DNA of 64,000 bases, taken from positions 17,690-81,689 of the forward strand of contig BTVV01000014.1 of the NCBI GenBank assembly GCA_045863855.1, given 5' to 3'. This document shows, piece after piece, positions 9,335 through 18,608 of the stretch; positions within the stretch are counted from its first letter, which is position 1, and each line of letters opens with the position of its first letter. This stretch comes from Planctomycetota bacterium. GTDB taxonomy: Bacteria > Planctomycetota > SZUA-567 > H5-PLA8. Position numbers and translations under genes: made by a program. The notes below the pieces were generated by a model. The model ran no database searches. It was not told the origin of the DNA and was given only the letters and a program-made list of their open reading frames with translations.

Positions 9335-10102
9335 ATGACCGACTTCCGAGTGTCGCCCGAGCAGGTGGCTTTTTTCCGCGAGAACGGATTCGTAAGAATC
9401 CCGCAAATCATTTCAGGACAAGAAGTTGAGTATTTCCGAGGCCTGTTAGAGCGATACTTGGCCGAGCAGGCGCACACGGGTTTGGGTCAGGAAGCCGTCT
9501 TGACCCAGATCGTCAACCACTGGCGCTTGCAGCCGGCGATGCGGGACTTGACCTTCCACCCGAATGTGATTGCAGCCGCCCAGCAACTCGCCGGTGTGAA
9601 GCTCCGGCTCTGGCACGACCAAAGTCTGATCAAGAAGCCGGGCGGGCAGCCCACCGAGTTCCACCAAGGCCTCCCGCATTGGGCGATCGCCAAGACCGAG
9701 CACCCCACGTCCTGCTGGATCGCGCTCTGCGACGTGCCCGCGCGCAAAGGGTGCATGAGTTTTATTCCCGGCTCGCATCGCCGGAGGAACCTCGCTTCGA
9801 AGATCGACGTGAGCGATCCGGGCTGTCTCTTTCGGCAGTGCCCCGAACTGGAATACGAGAGCTTTGTGAGCGTTCCGCTTCGGGCGGGGGATTGTACGTT
9901 CCATCATGCGGTCACCGCACATGCCGCGCACCCGAACCGCACGAGCGAGCCGCGCTATGCGCACGTCGTCAACAGCGTGGATCTGACCACGGTCTATCGG
10001 GCCATACCGCATAAAGTCACCGATGGACTGAATCTAAGCGAAGGCCAACTTCTCGAAGGCGAGCTGTTTCCGGTGCTCGACGAGGTCCTGGCCGCGCGGT
10101 AG
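9335..10102 (+). CDS. PhyH-family Fe(II)/2-oxoglutarate oxygenase with HxG in place of HxD (halogenase-like)
   Basis: FFRENGFV, LRLWHDQSLIKKPG, TEFHQG, SCWIAL, GCMSFIPGSH, AGDCTFHH...TAH...NRT...R; AAGGAG RBS at 9323. Confidence 0.9.
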   Translation: MTDFRVSPEQVAFFRENGFVRIPQIISGQEVEYFRGLLERYLAEQAHTGLGQEAVLTQIVNHWRLQPAMRDLTFHPNVIAAAQQLAGVKLRLWHDQSLIKKPGGQPTEFHQGLPHWAIAKTEHPTSCWIALCDVPARKGCMSFIPGSHRRRNLASKIDVSDPGCLFRQCPELEYESFVSVPLRAGDCTFHHAVTAHAAHPNRTSEPRYAHVVNSVDLTTVYRAIPHKVTDGLNLSEGQLLEGELFPVLDEVLAAR

Positions 10103-10180
10103 CGATCCGTCCCTCGCACCGGTTCGCTCGATTCGGTAGAGTTTTCGAACTTCGCTTCGTGGATTCTTGCCGAGGATGAG

Positions 10181-11221
10181 ATGCGCACCGTAGAACGATG
10201 CCCTGACTTGCCCGACCGCCTGCGCGTGTGCCACTCGTTGCCCTTTGACCCGCGCTTCGGGTACAGCTTATCGGAATTGCTCGCTATCGAGCCGCCTTCG
10301 GAGGAGCCGCACGATTACGCGCGGTTTTGGCGGCAGAGTTACGAAACGGCTCGCGCGGCGGAGGGCAGTCTGCGCATCGAGCGGCGGGAGATCCAGACAG
10401 CGCTTGATGACGTGACCGTGTTCGAACTCGATTACCTCGGGCACGATGGGTTCAAAGTGGGCGGTTGGCTTTGCGCACCCAAAGGATGCGAGCCGCGCGC
10501 GCTGATGGTTACGAGTCACGGGTACGGCGGCCGGGAAACCTACGATGCCGCTTGGGCGCGCCGAGGCTGTGCGGTTCTGCTGCCGTGCGCTCGCGGCTTT
10601 CATCGTTCCGCGCACGACGGCGTGCCGCACGTGGCGGCTTTCCATGTCGTGCATGGCATCGAATCGAAGGAAAGCTACCTGCTTCGCGCCTGCGTGATGG
10701 ATTTATGGCTAGCGGGGAGTGTTCTGCGGCAGCTCTTTCCGAATCGGGCCGATCGTTTGATCTTCACCGGCGGCAGTTTTGGCGGCGGGCTGGGCGCGCT
10801 GATGTTGCCTTGGGATACGCGCTATCGAGCGGCGTATCTCAGCGTGCCGACCTTTGGGAATCATCCCATTCGGCTGCGGCATCCGTGCACCGGTTCGGGC
10901 GAATCCGTGCGCAGGCTTTGGCTGCGTGAACCGGGCATCGAGCGAACACTGCGATATTACGATGCCGCCTTGGCCGCGCGGCGCATCGCGATTCCGGTTG
11001 CAACTGAGGCCGCTATGTTCGATCCGGCGGTGATCCCGCCGGGACAGTTCTCGGTGGCTAACGCGATCCAATGCCCGGGCTCGGTCACCCTTCCAACCAC
11101 GCACGGGCATTTCGATCTGACCGCGGGTGCGCCCGAAGCCGTGGTACCACCTTGGGTGGGCAGGCGCGTGATGGCATTCCTTACGCGCCAAATCGACCGC
11201 CTGAATCCTGTTAATGCTTAA
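10181..11221 (+). CDS. Acetyl xylan esterase / cephalosporin-C deacetylase (CE7-like) alpha/beta hydrolase
   Basis: EPHDYARFW, HGYGG, nucleophile GGSFGGG, YYDA, DPAVIPPGQFSVAN, C-terminal GH. Confidence 0.9.
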   Translation: MRTVERCPDLPDRLRVCHSLPFDPRFGYSLSELLAIEPPSEEPHDYARFWRQSYETARAAEGSLRIERREIQTALDDVTVFELDYLGHDGFKVGGWLCAPKGCEPRALMVTSHGYGGRETYDAAWARRGCAVLLPCARGFHRSAHDGVPHVAAFHVVHGIESKESYLLRACVMDLWLAGSVLRQLFPNRADRLIFTGGSFGGGLGALMLPWDTRYRAAYLSVPTFGNHPIRLRHPCTGSGESVRRLWLREPGIERTLRYYDAALAARRIAIPVATEAAMFDPAVIPPGQFSVANAIQCPGSVTLPTTHGHFDLTAGAPEAVVPPWVGRRVMAFLTRQIDRLNPVNA

Positions 11222-11422
11222 TGGGTATGGGGTTGTGAATATACGCCCCAGCCCTCTAAGCGTATTCCGGATACTCGAACAGCATGGCTGGGAAATCCCT
11301 CTCCAACCACCTGAAATTCGGTATTGACAAGGTGTTAGAAAAAAGAGATTCTAATGGCTGCTCCAAAAGGTAAGTCGATTTAGACGAGCCCAACCGAACT
11401 TCGGTATGAGGGGAGTCGCTCC

Positions 11423-12079
11423 ATGCGTAAGTTGGCTCTGTGTCTGGCGCTGACCGTTGCGATGTTTTCCGCATCGGTGTTCGCCGAAAGTTCCAGTTCC
11501 AGTTCGAGCATGCCCGGTGTGGGCGGTACGTCGGCGGGCGGCTTGGCCAAGGATGCAGGCGTGCGGGGTTCTTCCTTTAAGGAAGAAGGCACCAACCCCG
11601 GCGCGATGGTCGGCGATTACTTCATCAATCGCTGGTGGGACTTGATGGACATTGTCGATTTCTCGCTCGGCGCCGGTCCGGGCTTCCTGATTCACGTCCG
11701 CGCGACCAAGCTCGCGCAGGCGATCGGCGGCTGGTCGGATTCGTGGCGCGTGGGGTTCCGCGGCCGCAGCGCGGGTATCTGGCGCGAAAAGCGCACGGAG
11801 ATCGGCTTCAGCTTGCTGTACTACCAGAAGGTCGAGCGCGAGCGGATCAGCGGTTGGGTGGAATCCATTCGTTCCGATGACATGGACCTCGATACCGCCG
11901 AAGTGTATGGCGGCGATAAGGACCGCAGCTTTACCGGCATCGGCTTTACGGTTCACGCGGGTATTCTGGTCGACGTGAACATCCGGCCCATGCAGGCGGC
12001 GGATTTTGTAATGGGGCTCTTTACCATCGACGTCCTGGACGACGACACCGGGAAGCTGGTCCGCAATAAAGACCTCTGA
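11423..12079 (+). CDS. Secreted/outer-membrane hypothetical protein
   Basis: Sec signal MRKLALCLALTVAMFSASVFA, Ser/Gly linker, YFINRWWDLMDIV motif, beta-rich body; GAGGGGAG RBS; followed by terminator. Confidence 0.75.
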   Translation: MRKLALCLALTVAMFSASVFAESSSSSSSMPGVGGTSAGGLAKDAGVRGSSFKEEGTNPGAMVGDYFINRWWDLMDIVDFSLGAGPGFLIHVRATKLAQAIGGWSDSWRVGFRGRSAGIWREKRTEIGFSLLYYQKVERERISGWVESIRSDDMDLDTAEVYGGDKDRSFTGIGFTVHAGILVDVNIRPMQAADFVMGLFTIDVLDDDTGKLVRNKDL

Positions 12080-12108
12080 TCCAAATTCAACCATGCACGC
12101 AATTCGAG

Positions 12109-12138
12109 ACGGACGGCTTCGGCCGTCCGTTTTCTTTT
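12109..12138 (+). terminator. Rho-independent terminator
   Basis: ACGGACGGC-TTCG-GCCGTCCGT stem-loop followed by TTTCTTTT. Confidence 0.85.
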
Positions 12139-12159
12139 ACGCCAGTCTTACACGTCGGC

Positions 12160-12189
12160 TTGCCGACGTTTCAAAAAGCAGGATAGAAT
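12160..12189 (+). promoter_or_regulatory. Putative sigma70 promoter of the ABC operon
   Basis: TTGCCG-18 nt-TAGAAT, just downstream of the terminator. Confidence 0.45.
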
Positions 12190-12198
12190 AGGCCCCGA

Positions 12199-13251
12199 GT
12201 GAGCCGAGGGTGCGTCGTGGCCATATCAACGGGGACGGCGGTCATTAACGAGCCGGCTTTGCGCATCGAAGGCTTGAGGATGGTTTACAATCCCGGGCTC
12301 TTCCAGCGCAGCAAGCTGGCGGTGGATGGGTTGGATCTGGAAGTGCCGAAAGGCAGCATCTACGGATTCCTGGGCCAGAACGGCGCGGGCAAGACCACCA
12401 GCATCAAAATTCTCGTCGGTCTCCAGTCGCCCACCGCGGGCCGCGCGTGGATCTTCGGTTCCGATATCCGCGACAGCGCCTGCCGCACACGCGTGGGGTT
12501 CATGCCCGAGAATCCTTACTTTTACGAATACCTGACGGCTTGGGAGACGCTGGAATTTTACGGGCGGCTTTCGGGGATGAGCGGTCCGCAGCGCCGGCGG
12601 CGCGGCGAGTACCTCCTCGAACGCTTCGGGCTGGGCGAGACGCGCAACGTTCCGATGCGCGACTTCAGCAAGGGTATGCGGCAGCGCCTGGGGCTGGCTC
12701 AGGCGATCATGCACGAACCGCCGCTGGTGATCCTCGACGAGCCCATGTCCGGTCTCGATCCGTTGGGTCGCCGCGATATCCGCAACGAGATCCTGGCGCT
12801 GCGCGACGCGGGCTGCACGGTCTTCTTCAGTTCGCACGTCCTGCCGGACGTGGCCGATATATGCGACCGGGTCTGCATCATTCATCAGGGACGCAAGGTG
12901 GCCGAGGGGCGGCTGAACAAGCTCCTGGGGCAGCGCGTGTTGGAGGTGGAACTTTCGGCGTCGGGCGTGCCGCCCGAAGGCCTGCCCGAGGCCGCGAAAC
13001 TGGCCCGCCGCGCTTGGCACGACGGCGAACTGTACCGCATGCTCTTGGATGACGACGAGAAGGCGAGCAAGGCCAAACGACTCATTGAAGCATCCGGCGG
13101 CGAACTGCGCAGCTTGGTGCCGCATTACGAATCGCTGGAGGAGTACTTCGTCCGCGTGACGCGCGACGGCGAGATCGCCAACTTGGGCGGCCGCGCGGTG
13201 CCCATCGGCGAATCCACGCCGCAGCCGGGCGGGAAGGAGGCCAAGGCGTGA
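12199..13251 (+). CDS. ABC transporter ATP-binding protein (PilH/XapD-like)
   Basis: Walker [10 protein letters not shown], signature FSKGMRQR, Walker B ILDEP, FFSSH. Start uncertain. Confidence 0.95.
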   Translation: MSRGCVVAISTGTAVINEPALRIEGLRMVYNPGLFQRSKLAVDGLDLEVPKGSIYGFLGQNGAGKTTSIKILVGLQSPTAGRAWIFGSDIRDSACRTRVGFMPENPYFYEYLTAWETLEFYGRLSGMSGPQRRRRGEYLLERFGLGETRNVPMRDFSKGMRQRLGLAQAIMHEPPLVILDEPMSGLDPLGRRDIRNEILALRDAGCTVFFSSHVLPDVADICDRVCIIHQGRKVAEGRLNKLLGQRVLEVELSASGVPPEGLPEAAKLARRAWHDGELYRMLLDDDEKASKAKRLIEASGGELRSLVPHYESLEEYFVRVTRDGEIANLGGRAVPIGESTPQPGGKEAKA

Positions 13252-14033
13252 AGGTCTGGGCCATTGCCGTCAACACGTTCCGGGAAGCGGTGCGGGACAA
13301 GATCCTGTACCTGCTGGTGGTCTTCGGGATTCTCCTGATCGTCGTCTCGCGCGCCATCGGCTGGATCAGCTACGGCGGCGAGCACAAGATCATGACCGAC
13401 TTGGGACTCTTCGCGATCTGGCTCTTCGTGGCCCTGATCTCGATTTTCATCGGCACGCAGATGATCTACAAAGAGATCGATAAGCGTACGCTGTATACGA
13501 TTCTCTCCAAACCCATCGACCGATGGGAATTCGTGCTCGGAAAGTACCTGGGCCTGCTGCTGACGACGGCGATGATCCTGGCGCTGCTGTCTTCGGTTTT
13601 CCTGCCCTACCTATACCTGATGGGCGCGCCGCTCACCGGCGCGATCTTTCAAGCGCTTTTGCTGACGCTGCTGGAAATGGTGGTCGTCACCGCGCTGGCG
13701 ATTTTTTTCAGTTCGGCCAGCACGCCGGTGCTTTCGGCGGTCTTCACGTTCATGCTTTTCGGGATGGGCCAGTTGACCAAGTGGATCGTGGACTTGGGGA
13801 CGCAAGTGCAGGGGCAGGCGCCTTGGGCCAAGCTGTTCCTGAAGCTCTTCTATTACCTGATGCCGAACTTGCATAATTTTAACGTGCGGCAGGAGGCGGT
13901 GCAGGCCGCAGGCCGCGGTGAAGGCTGGGCCGTGGGTGCGGACCAGACCTTCAGCATCGCGGTGTACTCGTTCTCCTACGCGGCCGCGGTATTACTGGCG
14001 GCGGTGCTGGTCTTCCGGCGCCGCAATTTCTGA
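13248..14033 (+). CDS. ABC-2 type permease (PilI/XapB-like)
   Basis: IAVNTFREAVRDKILY, KEIDKRTLYTILSKPIDRWEFVLGKY, six TM helices, ends VFRRRNF; overlaps ATPase stop. Confidence 0.92.
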   Translation: MKVWAIAVNTFREAVRDKILYLLVVFGILLIVVSRAIGWISYGGEHKIMTDLGLFAIWLFVALISIFIGTQMIYKEIDKRTLYTILSKPIDRWEFVLGKYLGLLLTTAMILALLSSVFLPYLYLMGAPLTGAIFQALLLTLLEMVVVTALAIFFSSASTPVLSAVFTFMLFGMGQLTKWIVDLGTQVQGQAPWAKLFLKLFYYLMPNLHNFNVRQEAVQAAGRGEGWAVGADQTFSIAVYSFSYAAAVLLAAVLVFRRRNF

Positions 14034-14055
14034 TCGGCGGGACCGAGGTTTTTGC

Positions 14056-15573
14056 ATGGAAGCTCCGGCCGAACAGGCGGCGGATCTGAAGCAGGTCTAC
14101 GACGCCTATCAGATGCAGGAGATCCGTGAGCGCGCGGCGCAGGTCGAGCGCATGGCCTTCGCCCAGGAACTGGGCGATTGGGGCTACGTGCTCTACTTCG
14201 CGCTCTTTGCCTTGGGCTCGGCGCTGCTGGTGGGCTGGGCCTTCTGGCCCAGGCACCGCAACCTGACGCTGCGGGGCTGGGCCGAATCCAGCGCCCTTCC
14301 CGCCGGCATGCCGGCACTCGAACGTGCTCACGCCGGGTGCGCCGCCGCCATGCTGCTGCTGGTGCTCTGTGCGATAAGCCATCAGCGCGGCATCGACTCC
14401 GAGCGCGGATTTATCGAAGACCGCTGGGTACGCATGGATCGCGATCTACGCGAAGCCGAGCGCCGCGGCCCGCAAGCGGTGGAAGAAGTGGTTAAGTCGC
14501 ACTACCTGTATTTGCCCGAAGGGGACGCGCTGCATTACCTGTTTTTGGGCAACGACAGCCTCGCCGCCGATGCGGTTTGGCTCACCAGCTTGCAGTACGT
14601 ATCCAGCCCGTTCCGCCGCGGGCAGAAATTCGAGATGATGTACCGCTTCTACGAGACGGTGCTGGAACTCGATCCGCGCTGGGTGACGATTCACGCGCGC
14701 GCGGGTAAGTTGCTCAGCGCGATCGATCCCGACCGCTACCGCGCCGAACGCTTCTTCATGCGCTCGATCGCCGCCAATCCCGAAGACTGGGTGCTGCCCA
14801 TGGAAGCCGGCCGTCTTTTCGTGGTTCCACCCGAACGGCCCAGCCTTCTGCGAGATTATTCGACGCGCAGCGCCAACTATTTCGAGACGGCTTTGCGGCG
14901 CGTGTCCCTTCCGGCGGAGATGCGCGTATCGCTCAAGGACATGGTCGCTCGCTTGCGTTCGGAAGGCGAGGACTACGACATCGCCGCGCAGTACCTTTGG
15001 GAGGTCGCGACCAACCGCGAAAATCCCAAGCCTTTGCGCGACAGCGCTTCGCGGGCCTGGCTGCAGGCCGAATCGTTGTTGCGCGTGCAGCGCGTGCGCG
15101 AGCGCCTGGAGGCCTTTCGCAAGTCGGTGGGGCAGTCGCCTCCCAAACTGGGCGCTCTCTTCGACCGCCCGGAGTACGACTTGGCCGACGCGTACGGCTA
15201 TCCCATCGCGCTCGATCCGAAATCCGGCGAGCCGTATTCCGACGGATACCGCTGCCAGCGCGCGTTGCAGGCGAGCACCGTGATTCAGACGTTGATCGCG
15301 ATTTACCGGCGCGAGCGGGGACAAGTGCCTCCGGACTTAAACGAGCTGACCCTGTGGGTGCGCGCATACTTCAAGCCGCCCAATCACGCAACGTTTCCCA
15401 TGCTGGAAGCGCTGGGCGAAGAGTTGGACTGCGCGACCAACCCGATGGGCGGGAACTGGGATTACATACCGGACACGGGGGCGATCGAGCTTCCGCCGCG
15501 CGCGAGCGCCAACCGGCTCTTCGTCAACGTGGATATGGCCCTCGACGGACAACCGCCGCCGTTCTTCAGGTAG
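14056..15573 (+). CDS. Membrane-anchored TPR-like protein (PilG/XapA-like) with two pseudopilin-like C-terminal repeats
   Basis: YLPEGDALHYLFLGNDSLAADAVWLTSLQY, ELDPRW, ANPEDW; repeats LEAFRKSVGQSPPKL..DAYG and IAIYRRERGQVPPDL..NPMGG. Confidence 0.7.
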   Translation: MEAPAEQAADLKQVYDAYQMQEIRERAAQVERMAFAQELGDWGYVLYFALFALGSALLVGWAFWPRHRNLTLRGWAESSALPAGMPALERAHAGCAAAMLLLVLCAISHQRGIDSERGFIEDRWVRMDRDLREAERRGPQAVEEVVKSHYLYLPEGDALHYLFLGNDSLAADAVWLTSLQYVSSPFRRGQKFEMMYRFYETVLELDPRWVTIHARAGKLLSAIDPDRYRAERFFMRSIAANPEDWVLPMEAGRLFVVPPERPSLLRDYSTRSANYFETALRRVSLPAEMRVSLKDMVARLRSEGEDYDIAAQYLWEVATNRENPKPLRDSASRAWLQAESLLRVQRVRERLEAFRKSVGQSPPKLGALFDRPEYDLADAYGYPIALDPKSGEPYSDGYRCQRALQASTVIQTLIAIYRRERGQVPPDLNELTLWVRAYFKPPNHATFPMLEALGEELDCATNPMGGNWDYIPDTGAIELPPRASANRLFVNVDMALDGQPPPFFR

Positions 15574-16363
15574 GCGAACCGTAGCCGTGCGCGTGCAGGA
15601 CGCGGATCGCATCTTCCAGGTGAGCGTTGGTGCGCGGCTCGGCCGCTTCGCGCGGACCCATTTCGACGGCCACGCGCCCCTTGAATCCCGCCGCGGCCAT
15701 GACTTCGCGCACTTCGACGAGCGGCTGGGCTTCGAGCGGTCGCTTGGCTTTTTTGTGGTCCTTCACGTGGTATTGCTTCGTGCGTGGCGCGACCATGCGT
15801 GCGGCGGCCACCGGCTCCTCGCCGCTGTGCAGGACGTTGACGATGTCGAAGTAGACGCCTACGCGCGGATGGTCGGTGCGCTCGATCAAGCGAAACGTTT
15901 GAGCGGCGGTGTTGCGGTACTTGCTCCCCGGAATGTGCTCCACCGCGAGCTGGGTGCCGGTCTTCTGTGCGCGTTCGCCTCCGGCGCGCAAAAATTCGAT
16001 GTAGCGATCGTCGTAGCCGCGTTCGTTCGCTCCTGCCCACATCGGCAGCAGGAGGACGTCGCCGCCGGCGGCCGCGAGCGTTTCCAGGGCGCGGCTCAGG
16101 ATGTCCAGTTCGCGCGGGAACGCGTCGGGTTCGGCCAGGCGCAGCCCCAAGTCGGGGAACCCTCCGTAAATCGCGGAACGGACCGGGCATCCGGTCTTCT
16201 CGCCCAGCGCGCGCAGTTCCGCGCCGAACCCCGCGCCAAGTTTTGGCCACTCTTCTTTATTCCAGGCCGGCTCAATGAAGTCGTAGCCCAGCGCTCGAAG
16301 CGCCTCCATCTTCGCTTCGAGCGATTCGCCCACCACGCCGCCGGCGCAGGCGCCGAGTTCCAT
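15566..16363 (-). CDS. Sugar phosphate isomerase/epimerase (xylose-isomerase-like TIM barrel)
   Basis: True start MELGAC at 16363 (AAGGAG RBS) within ORF 15566..18025; LGYDFIEP, LAVEH, VYFDIVN, YHVKD, VAVEM metal motifs. Confidence 0.9.
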   Translation of the reverse strand: MELGACAGGVVGESLEAKMEALRALGYDFIEPAWNKEEWPKLGAGFGAELRALGEKTGCPVRSAIYGGFPDLGLRLAEPDAFPRELDILSRALETLAAAGGDVLLLPMWAGANERGYDDRYIEFLRAGGERAQKTGTQLAVEHIPGSKYRNTAAQTFRLIERTDHPRVGVYFDIVNVLHSGEEPVAAARMVAPRTKQYHVKDHKKAKRPLEAQPLVEVREVMAAAGFKGRVAVEMGPREAAEPRTNAHLEDAIRVLHAHGYGSPT

Positions 16364-16407
16364 GATCCGTCTCCTTTGGCGCCGATCCGCCGTTGTGTCC
16401 GGTCCGT

Positions 16408-17418
16408 TTACTGTCCTTCGCGGTAAATCTCTTCGCCCACCAGTTCGGCGACGTGAATCACGCGCCCTTCTTCGGCGGCGCGATTGGCGGCCAGCGTGAC
16501 GGCGGCCGTAATCAGCGCATCGCGGAAATCGCTGCGCAACAGTTTCGGCTGGTTGCTCGCCACGGCGCGCACGAACGCCGCGTCGATGCTGGGCTGTTCG
16601 GCCGGCGTCGGCGGCACTTCGTAGACGCCCTCGGGGCTCACCGTCAGCGTATCGCCGTCCAGAACAGCCTTCGCGTCCTTGAGCATGAAGTACATGCCGC
16701 CTTGACCGGCTTTGCCGGCCGCGCATCCCGTATTGACCGTCGCCGCCGCACCGCTCTTGAAGCGCAGCAGCACCGCCTGGCTGTCGGGGACGGTGGTGCT
16801 GTCGTCGTCGCGATGAAGCCGCTTGAAGCTGTAGCTGGCCGCGACGGCCTCGACCTCGCCCATCGCCCAGCGCAGCAGATCGACCTGATGCGTGGTCATC
16901 TCGACGAGCTGGCCGCCGGACTTGTCGTAAACGCGCCACCACGGTGTACCGGGCAGGCCGCCCCAGCGGAAAATATGCGCGGCGCCCACTTCCTTTCCGG
17001 TGAGGAAAGCTTTCAGGCGCATCGGTCCCGGCAGGTAGCGCAGCGTGTAACCCACTTGGGTCAGGATGCCCGCCTTCTTGATGTGCTGCCACGCTTTCTT
17101 GGCCTGATCGAGGTACAGATTGACCGGCTTTTCGACGAAGAGGTGGATGCCCTTGTCGGCGGCCAGGATCTCCACGTCGCCGTGCGCGAAGGGCGGAACG
17201 CAGACGTAGAGGGCGTCGAGTTTCGCTTCGCCGATCATTTTCTTCGCGTCGGTGTAGACGGCCGCGCCGAAGGGAGCGGCGGCCTGTTTCACGCGCGCTT
17301 CGTCGATGTCGCAGAGCGCCGCGATCTCGGCTTCGGGAATTTCCGCCAGGCGCCGCAGGTGCGCTCCGGCGATCCCGCCCGTGCCTACGAATCCGATCCG
17401 AACCGTTTTTCCGGCCAT
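16408..17418 (-). CDS. Gfo/Idh/MocA family oxidoreductase
   Basis: IGFVGTGGIA Rossmann motif, HLFVEKP, SGGQLVEMTTHQVDL. Confidence 0.95.
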   Translation of the reverse strand: MAGKTVRIGFVGTGGIAGAHLRRLAEIPEAEIAALCDIDEARVKQAAAPFGAAVYTDAKKMIGEAKLDALYVCVPPFAHGDVEILAADKGIHLFVEKPVNLYLDQAKKAWQHIKKAGILTQVGYTLRYLPGPMRLKAFLTGKEVGAAHIFRWGGLPGTPWWRVYDKSGGQLVEMTTHQVDLLRWAMGEVEAVAASYSFKRLHRDDDSTTVPDSQAVLLRFKSGAAATVNTGCAAGKAGQGGMYFMLKDAKAVLDGDTLTVSPEGVYEVPPTPAEQPSIDAAFVRAVASNQPKLLRSDFRDALITAAVTLAANRAAEEGRVIHVAELVGEEIYREGQ

Positions 17419-17442
17419 GTGCGTCCCCTTTTTTCGAAAGCG

Positions 17443-18531
17443 TTACGCTTTCAGTTTTGCCACCGACTGCCGCGCGACCAGGGTGGGTTGCAACACCGTT
17501 TCCATGCGCATCGGCGCGGCGATGCGGCTGCGATTCACCAATGCTTCCACCGCAAGGTAGCCCAGCTCGAACGCGGGGATGCTCACCGCCGTCACTGCCG
17601 AGCCTCTGCGCGTGCCGAGGACGAAGTCGCTGAAGGCCAGGAGCGAGAAATCCTGCGGGATTTGCAGTCCCATTTCGGCGGCCACGTCCAGCGCCGCCGC
17701 CGCGAACTCCTCTTCGGTCGCGTACAGCACGGTGGGGCGCGGATTCAGCGTGAGCAGTTTGCGCGCCATCTCGAGCCCTCCGGCGCGGGAAAGCTCCGCG
17801 TGCGCGATGCACTCCGGTGCGAGCTTGACGCCCGCGGCTTTGAGGGTTTCGCGCAGGCCCGTCACGCGTTCTTCGAAGAACTGGTAGCGCTCGGGGCCGG
17901 CCATCACGCCGATGCGCGTATGGCCCTGGTCGATCAGATACTTCGCGGCCAAGTGCGCGCCGCCCCGCTCGTCGGTGCGCACGATCAATTCCGCGCCGTC
18001 GAGCTTGCGATTGAGCGCGATCCACGGCAGCGGAAGCTTAGCGCGCACGAGCATGGCGTCTTCTTCGTGGTTCGAGAAGAGGAAGAGCAGGCCTTTGGCG
18101 CCGCCGCGTTTGAGACGGCCGAGGTGTTCGGCTTCGAGGGAATCGGCGAGCCGTCCGTTGGGGTAGGGGGTGAGCTGAAGCGAGAGCCCGTATTCCTGAA
18201 CCTTGCTCATCACGCCGCTGAAGACGTACGCGAAATAGCCGATGGACCGGTCGTGCAGCGCAGCGGCGTGGGTGTCGGGAACGAAAAGGAGCATCGATCC
18301 GGCGCCGCCGGCGGGCAGCGCGGCCGCGGACGCGCCGGTCCAGGCGGTCGCTTTGGCGCTTTTGGAGCGCTTTCCGCGGCGGGCCTTTTCGGGGCGGTAA
18401 TTCAGCGAAGCCGCGGCCATGCGGACTTTGCGACGCAGGTCGTCGGAAACATCCGCCGAGCCCGAGAGGACCCGCGAGACGGTGGCGGTCGAAACGCCCG
18501 CCGCGCGTGCGACGTCGCGCACCCCTGCCAT
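17443..18531 (-). CDS. LacI-family transcriptional regulator
   Basis: VRDVARAAGVSTATVSRVLSG HTH, LNYRP, YLIDQGHTRIG, IPQDFSL, periplasmic-binding-like domain. Confidence 0.95.
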   Translation of the reverse strand: MAGVRDVARAAGVSTATVSRVLSGSADVSDDLRRKVRMAAASLNYRPEKARRGKRSKSAKATAWTGASAAALPAGGAGSMLLFVPDTHAAALHDRSIGYFAYVFSGVMSKVQEYGLSLQLTPYPNGRLADSLEAEHLGRLKRGGAKGLLFLFSNHEEDAMLVRAKLPLPWIALNRKLDGAELIVRTDERGGAHLAAKYLIDQGHTRIGVMAGPERYQFFEERVTGLRETLKAAGVKLAPECIAHAELSRAGGLEMARKLLTLNPRPTVLYATEEEFAAAALDVAAEMGLQIPQDFSLLAFSDFVLGTRRGSAVTAVSIPAFELGYLAVEALVNRSRIAAPMRMETVLQPTLVARQSVAKLKA

Positions 18532-18608
18532 TCCGCATCTCCGTAGCTGAAACTCTAAGTGCGCTAATTGTTACGGCCCGCGCGGGTTTGGCAAGTGAGG
18601 GCGGGCGT

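Noticed and set aside
17436..17452. GAAAGCG-TTA-CGCTTTC palindrome as a LacI operator
   Set aside because: Overlaps the lacI stop codon, only partly matches LacI-family consensus, and has no clear promoter nearby.
16364..18025. Apparent 819-aa fusion extending the sugar isomerase
   Set aside because: The Arg-rich extension overlaps the Gfo/Idh/MocA and LacI genes in another frame; the real start is at 16363 with an RBS.
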